DNA of 64,000 nt from an uncultured Gemmatimonadales bacterium (GCA_963851265.1 CAWKNZ010000007.1:608001-672000), one strand, 5' to 3'. Shown: positions 10,130-20,994, counted from the first letter of the stretch. Numbers and translations: made by a program. The notes: generated by a model not told the origin, from the sequence alone.

Positions 10130-11446
10130 TCAGCGCGTGTATGCGGCTTCGACGTCGGCCCGCAGGGCGCGGAAGATGTCGGCGAACGCCCGGTCCTCCT
10201 CGGTCTCGACCCGACTGTCGAGGTCGGACATCGCCCGCGCGCCGATGCCGCCGAACCAGCGGACGAGGGCGCTCTCCTGGACCGACACGTCGAACTGCCG
10301 CACGAGCAGCGTGCGCGCGCCCGCGTTTCCGCCCGTCGCGCCTCCCGACGGGTCGCGTAGCACGATCTCCGTGCGCATCCCGGCGCCAGTGAACGGCCGG
10401 TCGAGCGCGCCGGTAATGAGATGCCGCATGCCGAGCGGGATGTGCCAGTGCGGTGGCTGGCGCCAGCGGATCGACCAGCCACGCTCGGACGGCACCCGCA
10501 CGAACGTGAGATTCCCGACGAGTTGCTCGGCCCCCACGTCGAACATGAGGACGTGCGTGTACGTGTCCGTGCGCAAGAGCACGTTGTCGGGCAGCGGGCG
10601 CGCGACGCCTTCGAGCGTCTGCAGCTGCCCGTCGCGGAGCCGCAGCTGGAGCTGCATTTTGCCCCCGGCCGAGCGAAGGTCGGCCCAGCGCGCGCCGCGC
10701 CCGTCGTCGAGCGCCATGCTCCACCGGGTGCCACCGACATACTTGTCGACGTAGCCGGCGAACGCGGCGAGCCCGGCGGCGCGGAGTCGGTCGGGCCGCA
10801 CGGTCATCCGCAAGTCCACACGCGTGGTGCCGTCGCCCGCGGGCGCGGTCTGTACCTCGTCGAGCGAAACGAGCCGGCCGAGCGCGGCGCCGGTGCGCGG
10901 AAAGGTGCTCTGAAGCTCGGCGCGGACCGCGGGGGCGGGTTGCTCTAGTCTGGCGAGCGCGGCGGTCGTCAGTTCGGGCCCGGCTGCGGCGCGAAAGCGG
11001 CCGATATCCTGCTCGACGCTCGTGGCCCACTCGTAGGAGCCGTCGGCCGCGCGCGCGAGCCGGACGATGTGGCGGCCGTCGCCGAGGCGCTCGGGTGCCG
11101 GCGGGGCGGAGCGGGGGGTGAAGCGGTACGTGCCGTTCGGCGCCGCCGACGCGTCGACTTCGAGGGCGCGGGTACCGTCAGGAGCGATCGAGGTCCAGAC
11201 GGAGGCGTCGTCGAAGATGCCGGACGGAGAGAGGGCGTACCGGCTAAGCTTCTTGCGTGCGGCGTCGAACTTGGGCGCGCGGTCGACGTTGGTGAAGCGG
11301 GCGGCGAAGGCGGAGAAGAGGTCGGTGGTCGCGGCGCGCGCCGCGGGCGGGGTGGGGAGGCTCGGCGGGAGGGCTCCCGCGCACGCGGCCGCGGTGAGCG
11401 TGGCGGCGAAAAGGGCGAGGCGGCGCGCGGGCGACGGCAGGGGCAC
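10130..11446 (-). CDS. Hypothetical lipoprotein
   Basis: RRLALFAATLTAAAC lipobox-like signal. 438-aa ORF with typical codon usage. Confidence 0.7.
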   Translation of the reverse strand: MPLPSPARRLALFAATLTAAACAGALPPSLPTPPAARAATTDLFSAFAARFTNVDRAPKFDAARKKLSRYALSPSGIFDDASVWTSIAPDGTRALEVDASAAPNGTYRFTPRSAPPAPERLGDGRHIVRLARAADGSYEWATSVEQDIGRFRAAAGPELTTAALARLEQPAPAVRAELQSTFPRTGAALGRLVSLDEVQTAPAGDGTTRVDLRMTVRPDRLRAAGLAAFAGYVDKYVGGTRWSMALDDGRGARWADLRSAGGKMQLQLRLRDGQLQTLEGVARPLPDNVLLRTDTYTHVLMFDVGAEQLVGNLTFVRVPSERGWSIRWRQPPHWHIPLGMRHLITGALDRPFTGAGMRTEIVLRDPSGGATGGNAGARTLLVRQFDVSVQESALVRWFGGIGARAMSDLDSRVETEEDRAFADIFRALRADVEAAYTR

Positions 11447-11456
11447 GACCGAGGGG

Positions 11457-11485
11457 TTGCGAGGGCGGTGGGGCGCCGGTAGAAT
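11457..11485 (+). promoter_or_regulatory. Sigma70-type promoter for tRNA-Gln
   Basis: TTGCGA-N17-TAGAAT just upstream of the tRNA. Confidence 0.65.
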
Positions 11486-11518
11486 AATCGGCCGCGGCGG
11501 TTAGGCGTGCCGTGGTGA

Positions 11519-11591
11519 TGCCCCTTGGTGTAACTGGCAACACGTCTGACTCTGGATCAGAAGAGTCCTGGTTCGAGCCCAGGAGGGGCAA
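11519..11591 (+). tRNA. tRNA-Gln(CTG), CCA not encoded
   Basis: TGCCCCT/AGGGGCA acceptor stem, anticodon stem TCTGA/TCAGA with loop CTCTGGA, GGTTCGAGCC T-arm. Confidence 0.95.
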
Positions 11592-11592
11592 T

Positions 11593-11638
11593 GCGAAGGG
11601 CCGCAAGCACTTACGGTGCTGCGGCCCTTCGCCGTTTC
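11593..11638 (+). terminator. Intrinsic terminator-like hairpin after tRNA-Gln
   Basis: GCGAAGGGCCGC...GCGGCCCTTCGC stem followed by CGTTTC. Confidence 0.65.
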
Positions 11639-11934
11639 ACTACGATCCGTCCGGTTCTTGATTCGCTTCGGGCCGCAACCGCATGGGTCGAGGCGCGCTG
11701 AAGTTCCCGCACGGGCGCCCGCGTCCCCTCGTCCCTGTCCTCGCTCGCCACCGTCGCCGCCGACGTGGCCCGACCTCGATCGTAGCCGGTGGTGGCGTCA
11801 GCGCCGACAACTCCGATGCTCGTGCCGCACGTCGACCGTCGGCCCGACCTCGCGGACAACAATCGCGCGCAGGACGTAGACCGCGGAACACAGCACGGCG
11901 TATGTGGTCGCCGCCCCAGCATCGATTCCGCCGA

Positions 11935-13113
11935 TCAAGGTGCGTCGCCGAGCGCGTCAACTGGCACCGACTGCGGATGCATACGCGGCAGCGACGCCGA
12001 GCGACGCGCGTTCCACCACGCCATCAGCTTGGTCCGCACACTGAGCAACGGCTGTTCGACGCCGTAGTACGACGCCACCGCGAGCGCGAGCGCGAGCAGG
12101 TAGCATCCCGGCAAGGTTGCGAGAACGCGCGGGACGAAAGGGATGAACACGTCGGGTGCGTGCGCCGGCACCAAGCGCAAGGCGATCTGCTGCCAGAGGT
12201 AGAGCGAATAGCTCACGCGTCCGACGAAGCGAACCGGGGCAACGTTGAGCACTCGTCCCGCGGCCGTCTCGGGCCGGCGGATGGTCCAATCGACGAGAAG
12301 CGCGAGGGCGACGTTCGCGATCGGGATCCCGAGGAGCGCGTGTGGTTTCGCGTGCCACGTCCAGTTCCCCCAGAGAGCGAGATACGGCACGGGTACGAGG
12401 AGCCACGGTGCGGGCGACGCGAGCCAGCGCCGATACCACGCCTGCTCCGCGAGCCAGTCGCTCGTGTACGCGAGGAGCACGCCGGTCGCGAGCGCGTCCG
12501 CGACGTTCTCGAAGTGCGAGTCCAGGGGCCACGCATTGGCCCACCCGTAGTGATGGAGTTCCGCAACGCGGATCAGCGGGACGAGTGCGAGCGCCACCAA
12601 CGGCGCGCCCCACGCGCCCCGGCGGGCACGCGTCGCGAGCGCGAGGATGCCGGGCCAGAGCAAGTAGAACTGCTCTTCGACGGCGAGCGACCAGAGATGC
12701 CACGTATACCAGGACCCGTCCGCGTAGTCGCGGAGATACAGCGCGGACGTCAACAAATCGCGCCCCGACACCGGCACCCACCCCGCCCACGTCATCGCTC
12801 CCAGGACGGCCAGGAACACGAAGAGCGCGGGCGCGATGCGGAAGGTCCGCCGAAAGTAGAACGCACCGAGCGCGATGCGACCGGTCTTCGCGCGCTCAGC
12901 GAGCAGGAGTTTCGTGATCAGGAATCCCGACAGGACGAAGAAGACGCGCACGCCGAGCACGCCCACCCCGACCGGGTCGAACACCCACCCGCCCCAACCG
13001 TGCCCCGCGTCCCAGAGGTGGCCCGTTTCGCATTGACTTGCATGTGCGACGAGGACGAGGCCGACCGCGAGGGCGCGCCAGCCGTCCAGCGACGGGATCT
13101 CACGGCGAATCAC
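11935..13113 (-). CDS. Acyltransferase family 3 (OafA/YrhL-like O-acyltransferase)
   Basis: SLDGWRA, GVRVFFVLSGFLIT, FYFRR, HLWSLAVEEQFY, SYSLYLWQ, SYYGVEQP. Confidence 0.92.
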   Translation of the reverse strand: MIRREIPSLDGWRALAVGLVLVAHASQCETGHLWDAGHGWGGWVFDPVGVGVLGVRVFFVLSGFLITKLLLAERAKTGRIALGAFYFRRTFRIAPALFVFLAVLGAMTWAGWVPVSGRDLLTSALYLRDYADGSWYTWHLWSLAVEEQFYLLWPGILALATRARRGAWGAPLVALALVPLIRVAELHHYGWANAWPLDSHFENVADALATGVLLAYTSDWLAEQAWYRRWLASPAPWLLVPVPYLALWGNWTWHAKPHALLGIPIANVALALLVDWTIRRPETAAGRVLNVAPVRFVGRVSYSLYLWQQIALRLVPAHAPDVFIPFVPRVLATLPGCYLLALALAVASYYGVEQPLLSVRTKLMAWWNARRSASLPRMHPQSVPVDALGDAP

Positions 13114-14201
13114 GCGTCCTCAGCGCCGTAAGTCAGATTGGCCCAGAATGCGCGTTCGGGGGAAACATCGGACGGCATGAGGTCAGGGAGAGGAGATCAT
13201 GGAGGCCGTGCGGGACCGGCCGTATTCGCAATGCCTAACGGAGATGCTCTCGCAGCCGTGTGCGGCGTGACCGGCACGCGCGATCGCGCCGCGCCTGCGC
13301 AGGTGCGCGATGAGCGCGGCGAGATGGCAGCACGGGGTGAACGGATCGGCGCACTCCGCGAGACCTCGAATGCGCCTGAGTGCCGGGACGCACGAGGGTG
13401 CGACCGAGCACGTGACGAGCAAAGGGACCCCGCAGGCACAATCGCCGAGTCCCGGCTGCGCGGTGCGCGGGGGCAGGCGCCGCCCATGGGCCGGGACTCC
13501 GGCCCTGGCAACCGCGACCGCGCATTCCTACGCGCTGACAGCGCGCCTGAGCATTCACCGGCCTCGCCAAGGGATGAGAGTGGCGAAACGCTGCCGTCCC
13601 TGACGTCCCTCGATCGGCACCGTGGCCACCACCGGTCGCGTCGCACGGCCAGTGCGGGACACGCCGGCCCGCAGTGTTCGAATGCACTCGCGACGGCTAT
13701 ACGCTCCGCGCTGGCGCCGCCGGGCCCCACACGCCCCACACGGACAACGGGCTGCGCCGCCGGGCGTCATACACCCGCATCGACGCCGCCGGACGGCTCG
13801 GCGTCACATCGCGCGGTGGCGAGACGCAGATCGCGGTCGTCGAGCGCCCCGGGCTCACGCTGGTATTCGTCAGGCTCGACAAAACGGGGAAGGTCGAGGT
13901 GCGTCGGTAAGAGGACGCGTTCCTCGCGCCCGATCGCGTCCGTCGCAGAGCCAGAACCGCACGACACGCGCGCGCGACGTCCAGCAGAGCATCGCGCACA
14001 GCGCCAACTCGCGGCCGGCCGCGCCCCGGTTCATCTACGCGATCGCCATGCGTACGGGCTGGCCGGAGCCGCCGACGTACTGCGTGACGCTCGCATTCGA
14101 GCGGTGGGAGCGCGACGCGCGATCATCGGATGCCGGCGGCTCGCGGTACCGGTACCCGCGGCGCGATGGCCGCCGTCGCGGATTCCCAGCCGTGCGCCGC
14201 A

Positions 14202-15032
14202 CTATGATCGTCGCGTGTCGTCAGCTGACGCGCTCGCCCGACCACCCGTGAGCACGTACCGCGCGCGGAACGCCGTGATCACGGCGCCGAGTTCGTGCGG
14301 AACCCGGGCGAACACCTCGGCCACGACCGCGTCCGGCACACCCCATCGCGCCTCGGCGAGCGCACCGGCGATACAGGCCTGCGTGTCGGCGTCGCCGCCT
14401 AACGAAACGGCGAGGCGCGCCGCGTCTTCCCAGCCCTGTGCTTCGAGGAAACAGAGAATCGCCTCGGGCACGGAGCCCTGGCACGTCACGTCGAAGTGGT
14501 AGGCGGGCCGGATGTCGTCGACCGTGCGCGCGAGATCGTACCCGAATCGGCGCGAGAGCTCGCCCCGGATCGTGGCGTTGTCGGCGCCCGTGCGCGCGAG
14601 CAGCACGCCGAGCGCGACGGATTGGGCGCCCTTGATGCCCTCGGGGTGATCGTGCGAGACGGCGGCGGAGCGTTCCGCCTCCCGCAGCACGTCGTCCACA
14701 CGATCCCACGCCCACCCGATCGGGCTCGCGCGCATCGCGGAGCCGTTGCCGAAGCTGCCGTAAGGCCGCGGATCATCGCCGCGGAACCAGCGACCGAAGT
14801 TGCCGCCGTACCCCGCATGCGGCCAGCGACGCGCGAAGGTGAGGATCGCCGCCCCGTAGTCGGGGCGTTCACCGTCCGCCGTCGCCTGCAGTATCGCGGC
14901 GGCCACCGCGCAGGTCAGCACGCTGTCGTCCGTCACCCGCGACCCGGGCGAGAACAGCGGAAAGTCGACGGCCTTCGTCGGGTGGTGCTCGAACGGGGAG
15001 CCGATCAGGTCGCCCGCGATGGCGCCGAGCAT
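14202..15032 (-). CDS. ADP-ribosylglycohydrolase family protein
   Basis: MLGAIAGD, TDDS, SFGNGSAMR, SHDHP, GGDADT. Confidence 0.92.
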   Translation of the reverse strand: MLGAIAGDLIGSPFEHHPTKAVDFPLFSPGSRVTDDSVLTCAVAAAILQATADGERPDYGAAILTFARRWPHAGYGGNFGRWFRGDDPRPYGSFGNGSAMRASPIGWAWDRVDDVLREAERSAAVSHDHPEGIKGAQSVALGVLLARTGADNATIRGELSRRFGYDLARTVDDIRPAYHFDVTCQGSVPEAILCFLEAQGWEDAARLAVSLGGDADTQACIAGALAEARWGVPDAVVAEVFARVPHELGAVITAFRARYVLTGGRASASADDTRRS

Positions 15033-15091
15033 GGAGTCGTTGGGACGAGGTACGGCAGCGGCAGATGAGGTTCCCACTCGGAGCCGGCGGC

Positions 15092-16121
15092 TCAGAACAC
15101 GGCGTGCTCGCCGAGGTCCGCCGTCGCCGTGCCCTGCAACAGCGCGCGGTAGTGGTCCGCGAGCGTCTCGCGTCCGACCGACGGCGTAGCGTCCGCGTCG
15201 TAGCGCCCGGCGCGCTCGTCCCACACCAGCATCGACTCGGTCGCATAGTAGCGTCCAATGCGCGCCATCTCCGCCTTCGCCGCCAACGGTCGCGCCACCC
15301 GCCCCAACGCGCCGAACGTTCCTACGATCCCGTCGAGCAACCGTACCGGCACGTGCGTGAACCGCGGCGGCCGGCCGAGGAGCGCGAACAGCAGCTCCCC
15401 CTGCTGCCGGGGCGTGATCGCGTCCCCCGGCCCGCCGATCGGCAGCACCCGCTGCCACCGGTCCGCATGACCGAGACAGCCGACGAGATACTCGGCGACG
15501 TCGTTCGCGGAGATCGGTTTGCAAGCCGTCCCCGTACCGTCGCCGAACACGAGGAACGGTTTGCCCTGCCGCACACGCGCGACCTGCCCCGAGAGCGACT
15601 TGAAGAAGGCCGTCGGCCGGACGATCGAGTAGCGGAGGCCCGAGGCAACGAGCTGCCGCTCGAAGGCGAGCTTCGCGTGCTGGAAGGCGAGCCGGGGCTT
15701 CTGCACGCAGATTGCCGAGAGGAGCACGAACTGCCCAACGCCGGCCCGCTCGGCCGCCTCCAGCAGGTGGACGTGCGCGCGGTGGTCGACGGCCCACGCG
15801 TCCGCCGGCGCGCCGGTGCGTGAGGCGAGGCACGAGATCACCGCGTCGAACCGCTCGCCCCGAAAACCGTCCCGCGCGAGCGACCCGGGGTCGCCGAGGT
15901 CGCCCGCGCGCACGCTGACTCCGTCAGGAAAGCCGCTGAGGAGGAGCGACGCGTCCGCGCTCCGTTGACCGCCGGGCGAAGCACACGACCTCGTGGCCGT
16001 GGCGCGCGAGCGCGCGCACCGTCGCACCACCGATCGTGCCGGTCGCCCCGGTCACGAACACGCGGCGACGCGCCGACGGGGTGAGCATGAGGGTCGGGGC
16101 GGTCGGCAGCATGCTCGTCAT
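15092..16121 (-). pseudogene. bciA: BciA/DVR-like divinyl (proto)chlorophyllide a 8-vinyl reductase homolog, frameshifted near 15960-15975
   Basis: The N-terminal VFVTGATGTIGG...GHEVVCF is in ORF 15924..16220. The rest (SCLASRTG, LLSAICVQKP, QHAKLAFE, SIVRPTAFFKSLSGQV, CKPIS, IGRYYATESMLV, LGEHAVF) is in ORF 15092..16030, a different frame. Confidence 0.8.
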
Positions 16122-16572
16122 ACGAGGTGGTTGTACGGGACCCGTGCGCGCCAGCGACGCGCGTGCCGGAAGCGACGAGCGGACGCGCCGCCCGCAGGCA
16201 CGGTACGCCGGCCCTCGCACCGACTCGTCACCGGCGCAGCTGATCCGGGCGCATGTCCGCCCGAACGGGAGCGCCCGTCACATGACGGAGTCCACATGAA
16301 GCTACCGCGCGCGCGCGGCCGAAGCCCGAAGCGGTACCACGGGCGCACCGGCCGACCGTGTGGTCACCTCTCGCGACGGGCTACGTCGCCGTCCCGCCGG
16401 ACGACGGGGAGGTGGCTGCCGAGTGGCCGGATCAGACCGGCATGGCCGGCTTCGTAGTATTGAGCAATCCCGCGATCGGCCTTCGCGTCGACCTACTCGC
16501 GTGAGGCCGCGTCGCGCACGTACAGGACCGACGCGCGCACCCCAACGTCACCCCCGCGCATCATCCCAGCCT

Positions 16573-18729
16573 ATGCCGCGTTTCAACATGTTCCGCCGCC
16601 GCGCCGCCGCGCCACACGCCGCCCTCACCGTGTGGGCCGACGGCGCGATCGGCAAGGTCCACCGGCACGACCTGCGAAAGAGCCACGTCGGCGTCCCGGG
16701 CGCGCAGCCATTCGCCAACGTCGTGTGGAACGACGCTACCGGTCGCGTAACGACCCACGGCGCACGCAACGAATACGGCGCGCTATTCAGTCTGCACATC
16801 GAGAACGCGACGACCACGGACGTCGCAGGCGTGAGCGTGACGATGACGCCACTCGTCGGGCCGAACGGGGCGGCGTTGCGCGGTACACCGGCGACGATGT
16901 CGGGGTTAGGCACCGACCCCGCGTCACAGCGCGAGCGCGGGCGTCGGCTCATGTTCTATACCGACCGCGACGTCGAACTCTTCGTGGTGCGCTACCTGCC
17001 CGTGCGCGGGCTCTCGATGTTCGGAACGGGCGACGTCGGCAAGCCGCCCGAGATCGTCGGGAGCCGATTCCGCCGGCGTCCGCCCGGCAACGACTGGTTC
17101 TCGCGCCCCGACCACGACACGTGGTACCCGGAGCCGTGCATCCCGCACGAACTCGTCCCGACGTTCACGGTCGCCGCCGGCACGCAGCAGGAGGTCCTCG
17201 TCGCGGCCTACGTGGGCGCGGACCAACCGGCCGGCGTGTACAGCGGCGCGGCCGAGGTTCGCGTCAACGGTGCCGTCGTGCGCACGATCCCCGTGTCGCA
17301 CACCGTCCACGCGCTCACGCTTCCCGACACGCCGCACCTCGGCACGATGCTCTCGGTGTCGAGCGCGCAGATCTCGGGCCGCATCGGCGGCGCGTTCTAC
17401 GCGGGCGATCCGGGGGTCATCAGCGACACGCTTTTCCGCGCTGGCACGCTGCTCCACCGGCACAAACTCACCGCGACGCTCGACACCGGCGGCTACAACG
17501 ACACGCCCACCGGCGTCAATGGCGACGCGCAGTGGGGCCCGGCGCAGGCGCTACTCCTGTCCGGGAACGGCTGGCGGACCGGTGATCCCGTCCACGGCTA
17601 CCGGGGGCCCGGCGCGGGGTTAGGCACCGGTCTGTTCGTCGACGGACACTGGCACCAGTCCGCGGGCGTGTCGCAGACCGGCCCGTACTCGGCGGCCGAC
17701 CAGGCCAAGCTCCAGGCGTACGCGACGCGCACCGTGCACGCGGTCGAGCTGCACGCCGGGCGTACGCCGACCACGTGCGTGGCCTACATGTACGATGAAC
17801 CGCCGGACTCGGCGATCGCGGGCATCCAGGCCGCGAGCGCGGCGTTCCACGCCGTCACCGGGCCGGGACGGCGGTTCAAGACGTTCTGTACCACGTGGGT
17901 GTGGCGCGTCGGCGCGTTGCCCGACCTCGACGTGTTCGCGACGAGCGGCTTCTTCAACTGGTCGATGGACGGTAAGAACCCCTACACGAACCACGTCGCG
18001 TGGATGCGCGGGAACGGACACCAGGTCTGGACCTACGACGGCCCGCGCCCCGAAGGTGGCGACTGGCACCTCGAAAGCCCCGGCGTCGATCCGTTGGTCA
18101 TGATGTTGAACTGCGGGCGGATCGGCGTCGAGCGGCACTTCTTCTACGAGGCGACGTACTATTTCGACTTCCAGAACTACGGGTCGGGCCCGTACGCGGT
18201 GGGACGACCGCACCTCGCCATCACCCAGCTCTGGGACGACGCGCAAAACTTCCAGGGCGGCAACGTCAGGTTCAACAGGTCGGTCGGGATGTCGGCCAAC
18301 GCCGCGAACCCGGGGTTCGCGAACACGTCGAATCTGGACGGAATCCTGATCTGGCCGGGGATCGACGTGCACGCGCACGACCAGGCGCGCGACAACTACC
18401 AGGCCGCCACGGTGTTCCCGGGCAAGCGCCTGTTCGCGATCAGTCGGGGCGTGCAGCTCGTCGATTACTGGCAGGCCGCGCGCGCGGTCGACGCCCCTGC
18501 GGCCGATGCCGTGCTCGACACCGTCGCGCCGGGCGGCTGGTACCAGCACTGGGAGCACTTCCACCGGTGGGGCGCGCAGGCGTCCAACAACGACCCGTTC
18601 GCGTTCCCGGGCGCGTACGGCTTCGACCCCGTGACACACCAGAGCCCGTTCGCCGCCCGCTGGAGCGAGGACCCGGACGTCGCCGAAGCCGCGCGCCGCC
18701 GTTGGGCCGCGATTGCGACGCGACGGTAG
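16573..18729 (+). CDS. DUF4091/GH123-like glycoside hydrolase-like protein
   Basis: VWADG..KV, GARNE, YMYDEP, DGILIWPG, RLFAISRGVQLVDY. Rich in aromatic residues and Asn/Gly. Confidence 0.6.
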   Translation: MPRFNMFRRRAAAPHAALTVWADGAIGKVHRHDLRKSHVGVPGAQPFANVVWNDATGRVTTHGARNEYGALFSLHIENATTTDVAGVSVTMTPLVGPNGAALRGTPATMSGLGTDPASQRERGRRLMFYTDRDVELFVVRYLPVRGLSMFGTGDVGKPPEIVGSRFRRRPPGNDWFSRPDHDTWYPEPCIPHELVPTFTVAAGTQQEVLVAAYVGADQPAGVYSGAAEVRVNGAVVRTIPVSHTVHALTLPDTPHLGTMLSVSSAQISGRIGGAFYAGDPGVISDTLFRAGTLLHRHKLTATLDTGGYNDTPTGVNGDAQWGPAQALLLSGNGWRTGDPVHGYRGPGAGLGTGLFVDGHWHQSAGVSQTGPYSAADQAKLQAYATRTVHAVELHAGRTPTTCVAYMYDEPPDSAIAGIQAASAAFHAVTGPGRRFKTFCTTWVWRVGALPDLDVFATSGFFNWSMDGKNPYTNHVAWMRGNGHQVWTYDGPRPEGGDWHLESPGVDPLVMMLNCGRIGVERHFFYEATYYFDFQNYGSGPYAVGRPHLAITQLWDDAQNFQGGNVRFNRSVGMSANAANPGFANTSNLDGILIWPGIDVHAHDQARDNYQAATVFPGKRLFAISRGVQLVDYWQAARAVDAPAADAVLDTVAPGGWYQHWEHFHRWGAQASNNDPFAFPGAYGFDPVTHQSPFAARWSEDPDVAEAARRRWAAIATRR

Positions 18730-18823
18730 GCACCGCGCCCCGGTCGCCCGCCGCCTCGTCGCGTCCGCATGGTAGCTTCACTGCTCCCCTGGCATCCCCC
18801 GCCCTCACCCGACCGGCACCCGC

Positions 18824-20515
18824 ATGCGGCCCGCCCAGCTCGCGCGCCACTTCACCGCCTCGCTCGCGCTGTACGCGGGCGCTGCCGGCGCGCAGCGCCG
18901 CGACCACACCCAACACGAAGCCGTGGTGGCCGCGCAGGCGATTACCGGCGACGCCATGCTGCGCGACATCCGCGCGCTCGCCTCGGATGCGTTCGAAGGG
19001 CGCGCGCCCGGAACCCGCGGCGAGGATTCCGCGGTCGCCTACATCGCCGCGCGGTTCCGGGCGATCGGCCTCGAGCCCGGCGCCGCCGACGGCACCTTCT
19101 TCCAGGCCGTCCCGCTCGTCGGGACGACGTCGACCGTGCGCGCGTCGGCGAAGGTCGCCGGCCAGACGACGGTGCTCCGCCCGCTCGACGACGTCGTCGC
19201 CTGGTCCATGCGCCCAGACACGCTCGTCACCGTGCCCGCCTCGGATCTGGTCTTCGTCGGGTACGGCGTCGTCGCGCCCGAGTACAACTGGGACGACTTC
19301 AAGGGCGTCGACGTGCGCGGGAAGACGGTCGTGATGCTCGTCGGCGACCCGCCCGTGCCCGATCCGCGCGACAGCACGCGACTCGACCCGCGCGTCTTCC
19401 GCGGCGCGGCGATGACGTACTACGGGCGCTGGACCTACAAGTACGAGACCGCCGCCGCGCGCGGGGCTGCGGCCGTGCTGCTCGTTCACCAGACCGGACC
19501 GGCCGGCTACGGCTGGGGCGTCGTGCAGAGCAACGCACACGAGAAGTTCGAGGTCGAGGGGGGCCCGGCGCACGCCGCGGTCGAGGGGTGGTTGCAACTC
19601 GACGTCGCCCGCCGCCTGTTCGCTGCCGGCAGCCACGACTTTCGCGCCCTCGAGCGCCTCGCGCGCACCCGCGAGTTCCGCCCCGTCCCCCTCGGTGGCA
19701 CCGCCGAGTTCCGCGTGCAGAACGCGGTGCGGCGCGTGCGGTCGCGCAACGTCGTCGCGCGGCTCGACGGGGGCGACCCGGCGGTACGCGACCAGTACGT
19801 GCTGTACTCCGCGCACTGGGACGGCTACGGCGTCGGGCGCCCCGTCCGCGGCGACTCGATCTACAACGGCGCGCTCGACGACGCGTCGGGCGTCGCGTGG
19901 GCGCTCGCCACGGCGCGCGCCTTCCGCGCGCTCCCCCGCCCGCCGCGGCGCACGGTCGTCTTCGCGGCGTTCACCGCCGAAGAGCAGGGGTTGTTAGGCG
20001 CACGCTACTACGCGCAGCACCCGCCGTACCCGCTCGCGCGCACGCTCGCCGACGTGAACATGGACATCATGAACCCGTGGGGGCGCACGCACGCGCTCGT
20101 CAGCATCGGGTACGGCCTGAGCACGCTCGAAGACCTGCTCGCGCGCGAGGCCCGCGACGACGACCGTACGGTGCGCCCCGACCCCGAGCCCGAGAAGGGC
20201 TACTTCTACCGCGGCGACCACTTCGAGCTCGCCCGCCACGGCGTGCCGGCGCTCGCGTTCCTCTTTCCGGGGGCCGAGTACGTCGGGAAGACCACGGCGT
20301 ACGGGCCGCGCGTGCGCGCCGCCTACGTCGCCAACGACTACCACAAGCCGTCGGACGAGGTGAAGCCCGACTGGGACACCTCGGGCTTGGTCGACGACAC
20401 GCGGCTCCTCTTCCGCGTCGGGCTGGACGTGGCCGACGGAGAGGTATGGCCGAACTGGAAGCCCGGAACCGAATTTCGTGCGACGCGCGATGCGATGCTG
20501 CGCCGCCGACCATAG
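18824..20515 (+). CDS. M28 family metallopeptidase with PA domain, secreted
   Basis: EGRAPGT, VFVGYG, YYGRWTYK, SAHWD, NGALDDASG, AEEQG, YHKPSD. Confidence 0.92.
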   Translation: MRPAQLARHFTASLALYAGAAGAQRRDHTQHEAVVAAQAITGDAMLRDIRALASDAFEGRAPGTRGEDSAVAYIAARFRAIGLEPGAADGTFFQAVPLVGTTSTVRASAKVAGQTTVLRPLDDVVAWSMRPDTLVTVPASDLVFVGYGVVAPEYNWDDFKGVDVRGKTVVMLVGDPPVPDPRDSTRLDPRVFRGAAMTYYGRWTYKYETAAARGAAAVLLVHQTGPAGYGWGVVQSNAHEKFEVEGGPAHAAVEGWLQLDVARRLFAAGSHDFRALERLARTREFRPVPLGGTAEFRVQNAVRRVRSRNVVARLDGGDPAVRDQYVLYSAHWDGYGVGRPVRGDSIYNGALDDASGVAWALATARAFRALPRPPRRTVVFAAFTAEEQGLLGARYYAQHPPYPLARTLADVNMDIMNPWGRTHALVSIGYGLSTLEDLLAREARDDDRTVRPDPEPEKGYFYRGDHFELARHGVPALAFLFPGAEYVGKTTAYGPRVRAAYVANDYHKPSDEVKPDWDTSGLVDDTRLLFRVGLDVADGEVWPNWKPGTEFRATRDAMLRRRP

Positions 20516-20858
20516 GCACGTGGTCACACGCCGCGGCCGACGCGCTCGCGACCGTTCCGGCCGCGTGTGGCGCGTGTGGCGCGCGCGCCACGGAGTGGCA
20601 ATCCTGCTCGCCGTCCGCTCGGCGGCCGGTGACGCCCAGACCGGCCGAGGCGTCTGCTGCCGGACGCCGGGCACTCGCGCGACGCACGTCGGGCCGACAC
20701 GAACGACGTCGCCGACGTCGCGTAAACATATGATGCGGCCGGCGCGGAACGTCGCGGCAACCGTCCGCTCGGTGGCCTCCCGCACCCGGGCGCGGGAGCG
20801 CGCGGAGTGCCGGACGGGGCACGCGGCGCGGTCTCGCGGCGAGCATCGGGCCCCTCGT

Positions 20859-20891
20859 TTGGCAGACAAAATGCGCACGTTGCCGTATAAT
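20859..20891 (+). promoter_or_regulatory. Sigma54-like -24/-12 element with an adjacent TATAAT, upstream of the PEP-CTERM gene
   Basis: TTGGCAGACAAAATGC (GG-N10-GC) at 20859-20874 and TATAAT at 20886-20891. Confidence 0.45.
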
Positions 20892-20994
20892 CGTCCTCGG
20901 GCCTCACGCGAGCCGGACGGCTCCCCGGACGCGCGGCGCCTCGGCGCAGGTGGCGACGCCTGCGCTGGCATCTTCCTTGACTGAGTTAGCTGAC

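Noticed and set aside
11560..11591. att site or prophage at tRNA-Gln or tRNA-Ala
   Set aside because: No repeat of either tRNA 3' end and no integrase or phage genes seen in the window.
13114..14201. ORFs 13138..14502, 13622..14251 and 13674..13910
   Set aside because: No recognisable motifs and the frames conflict. Possibly gene remnants, but not callable.
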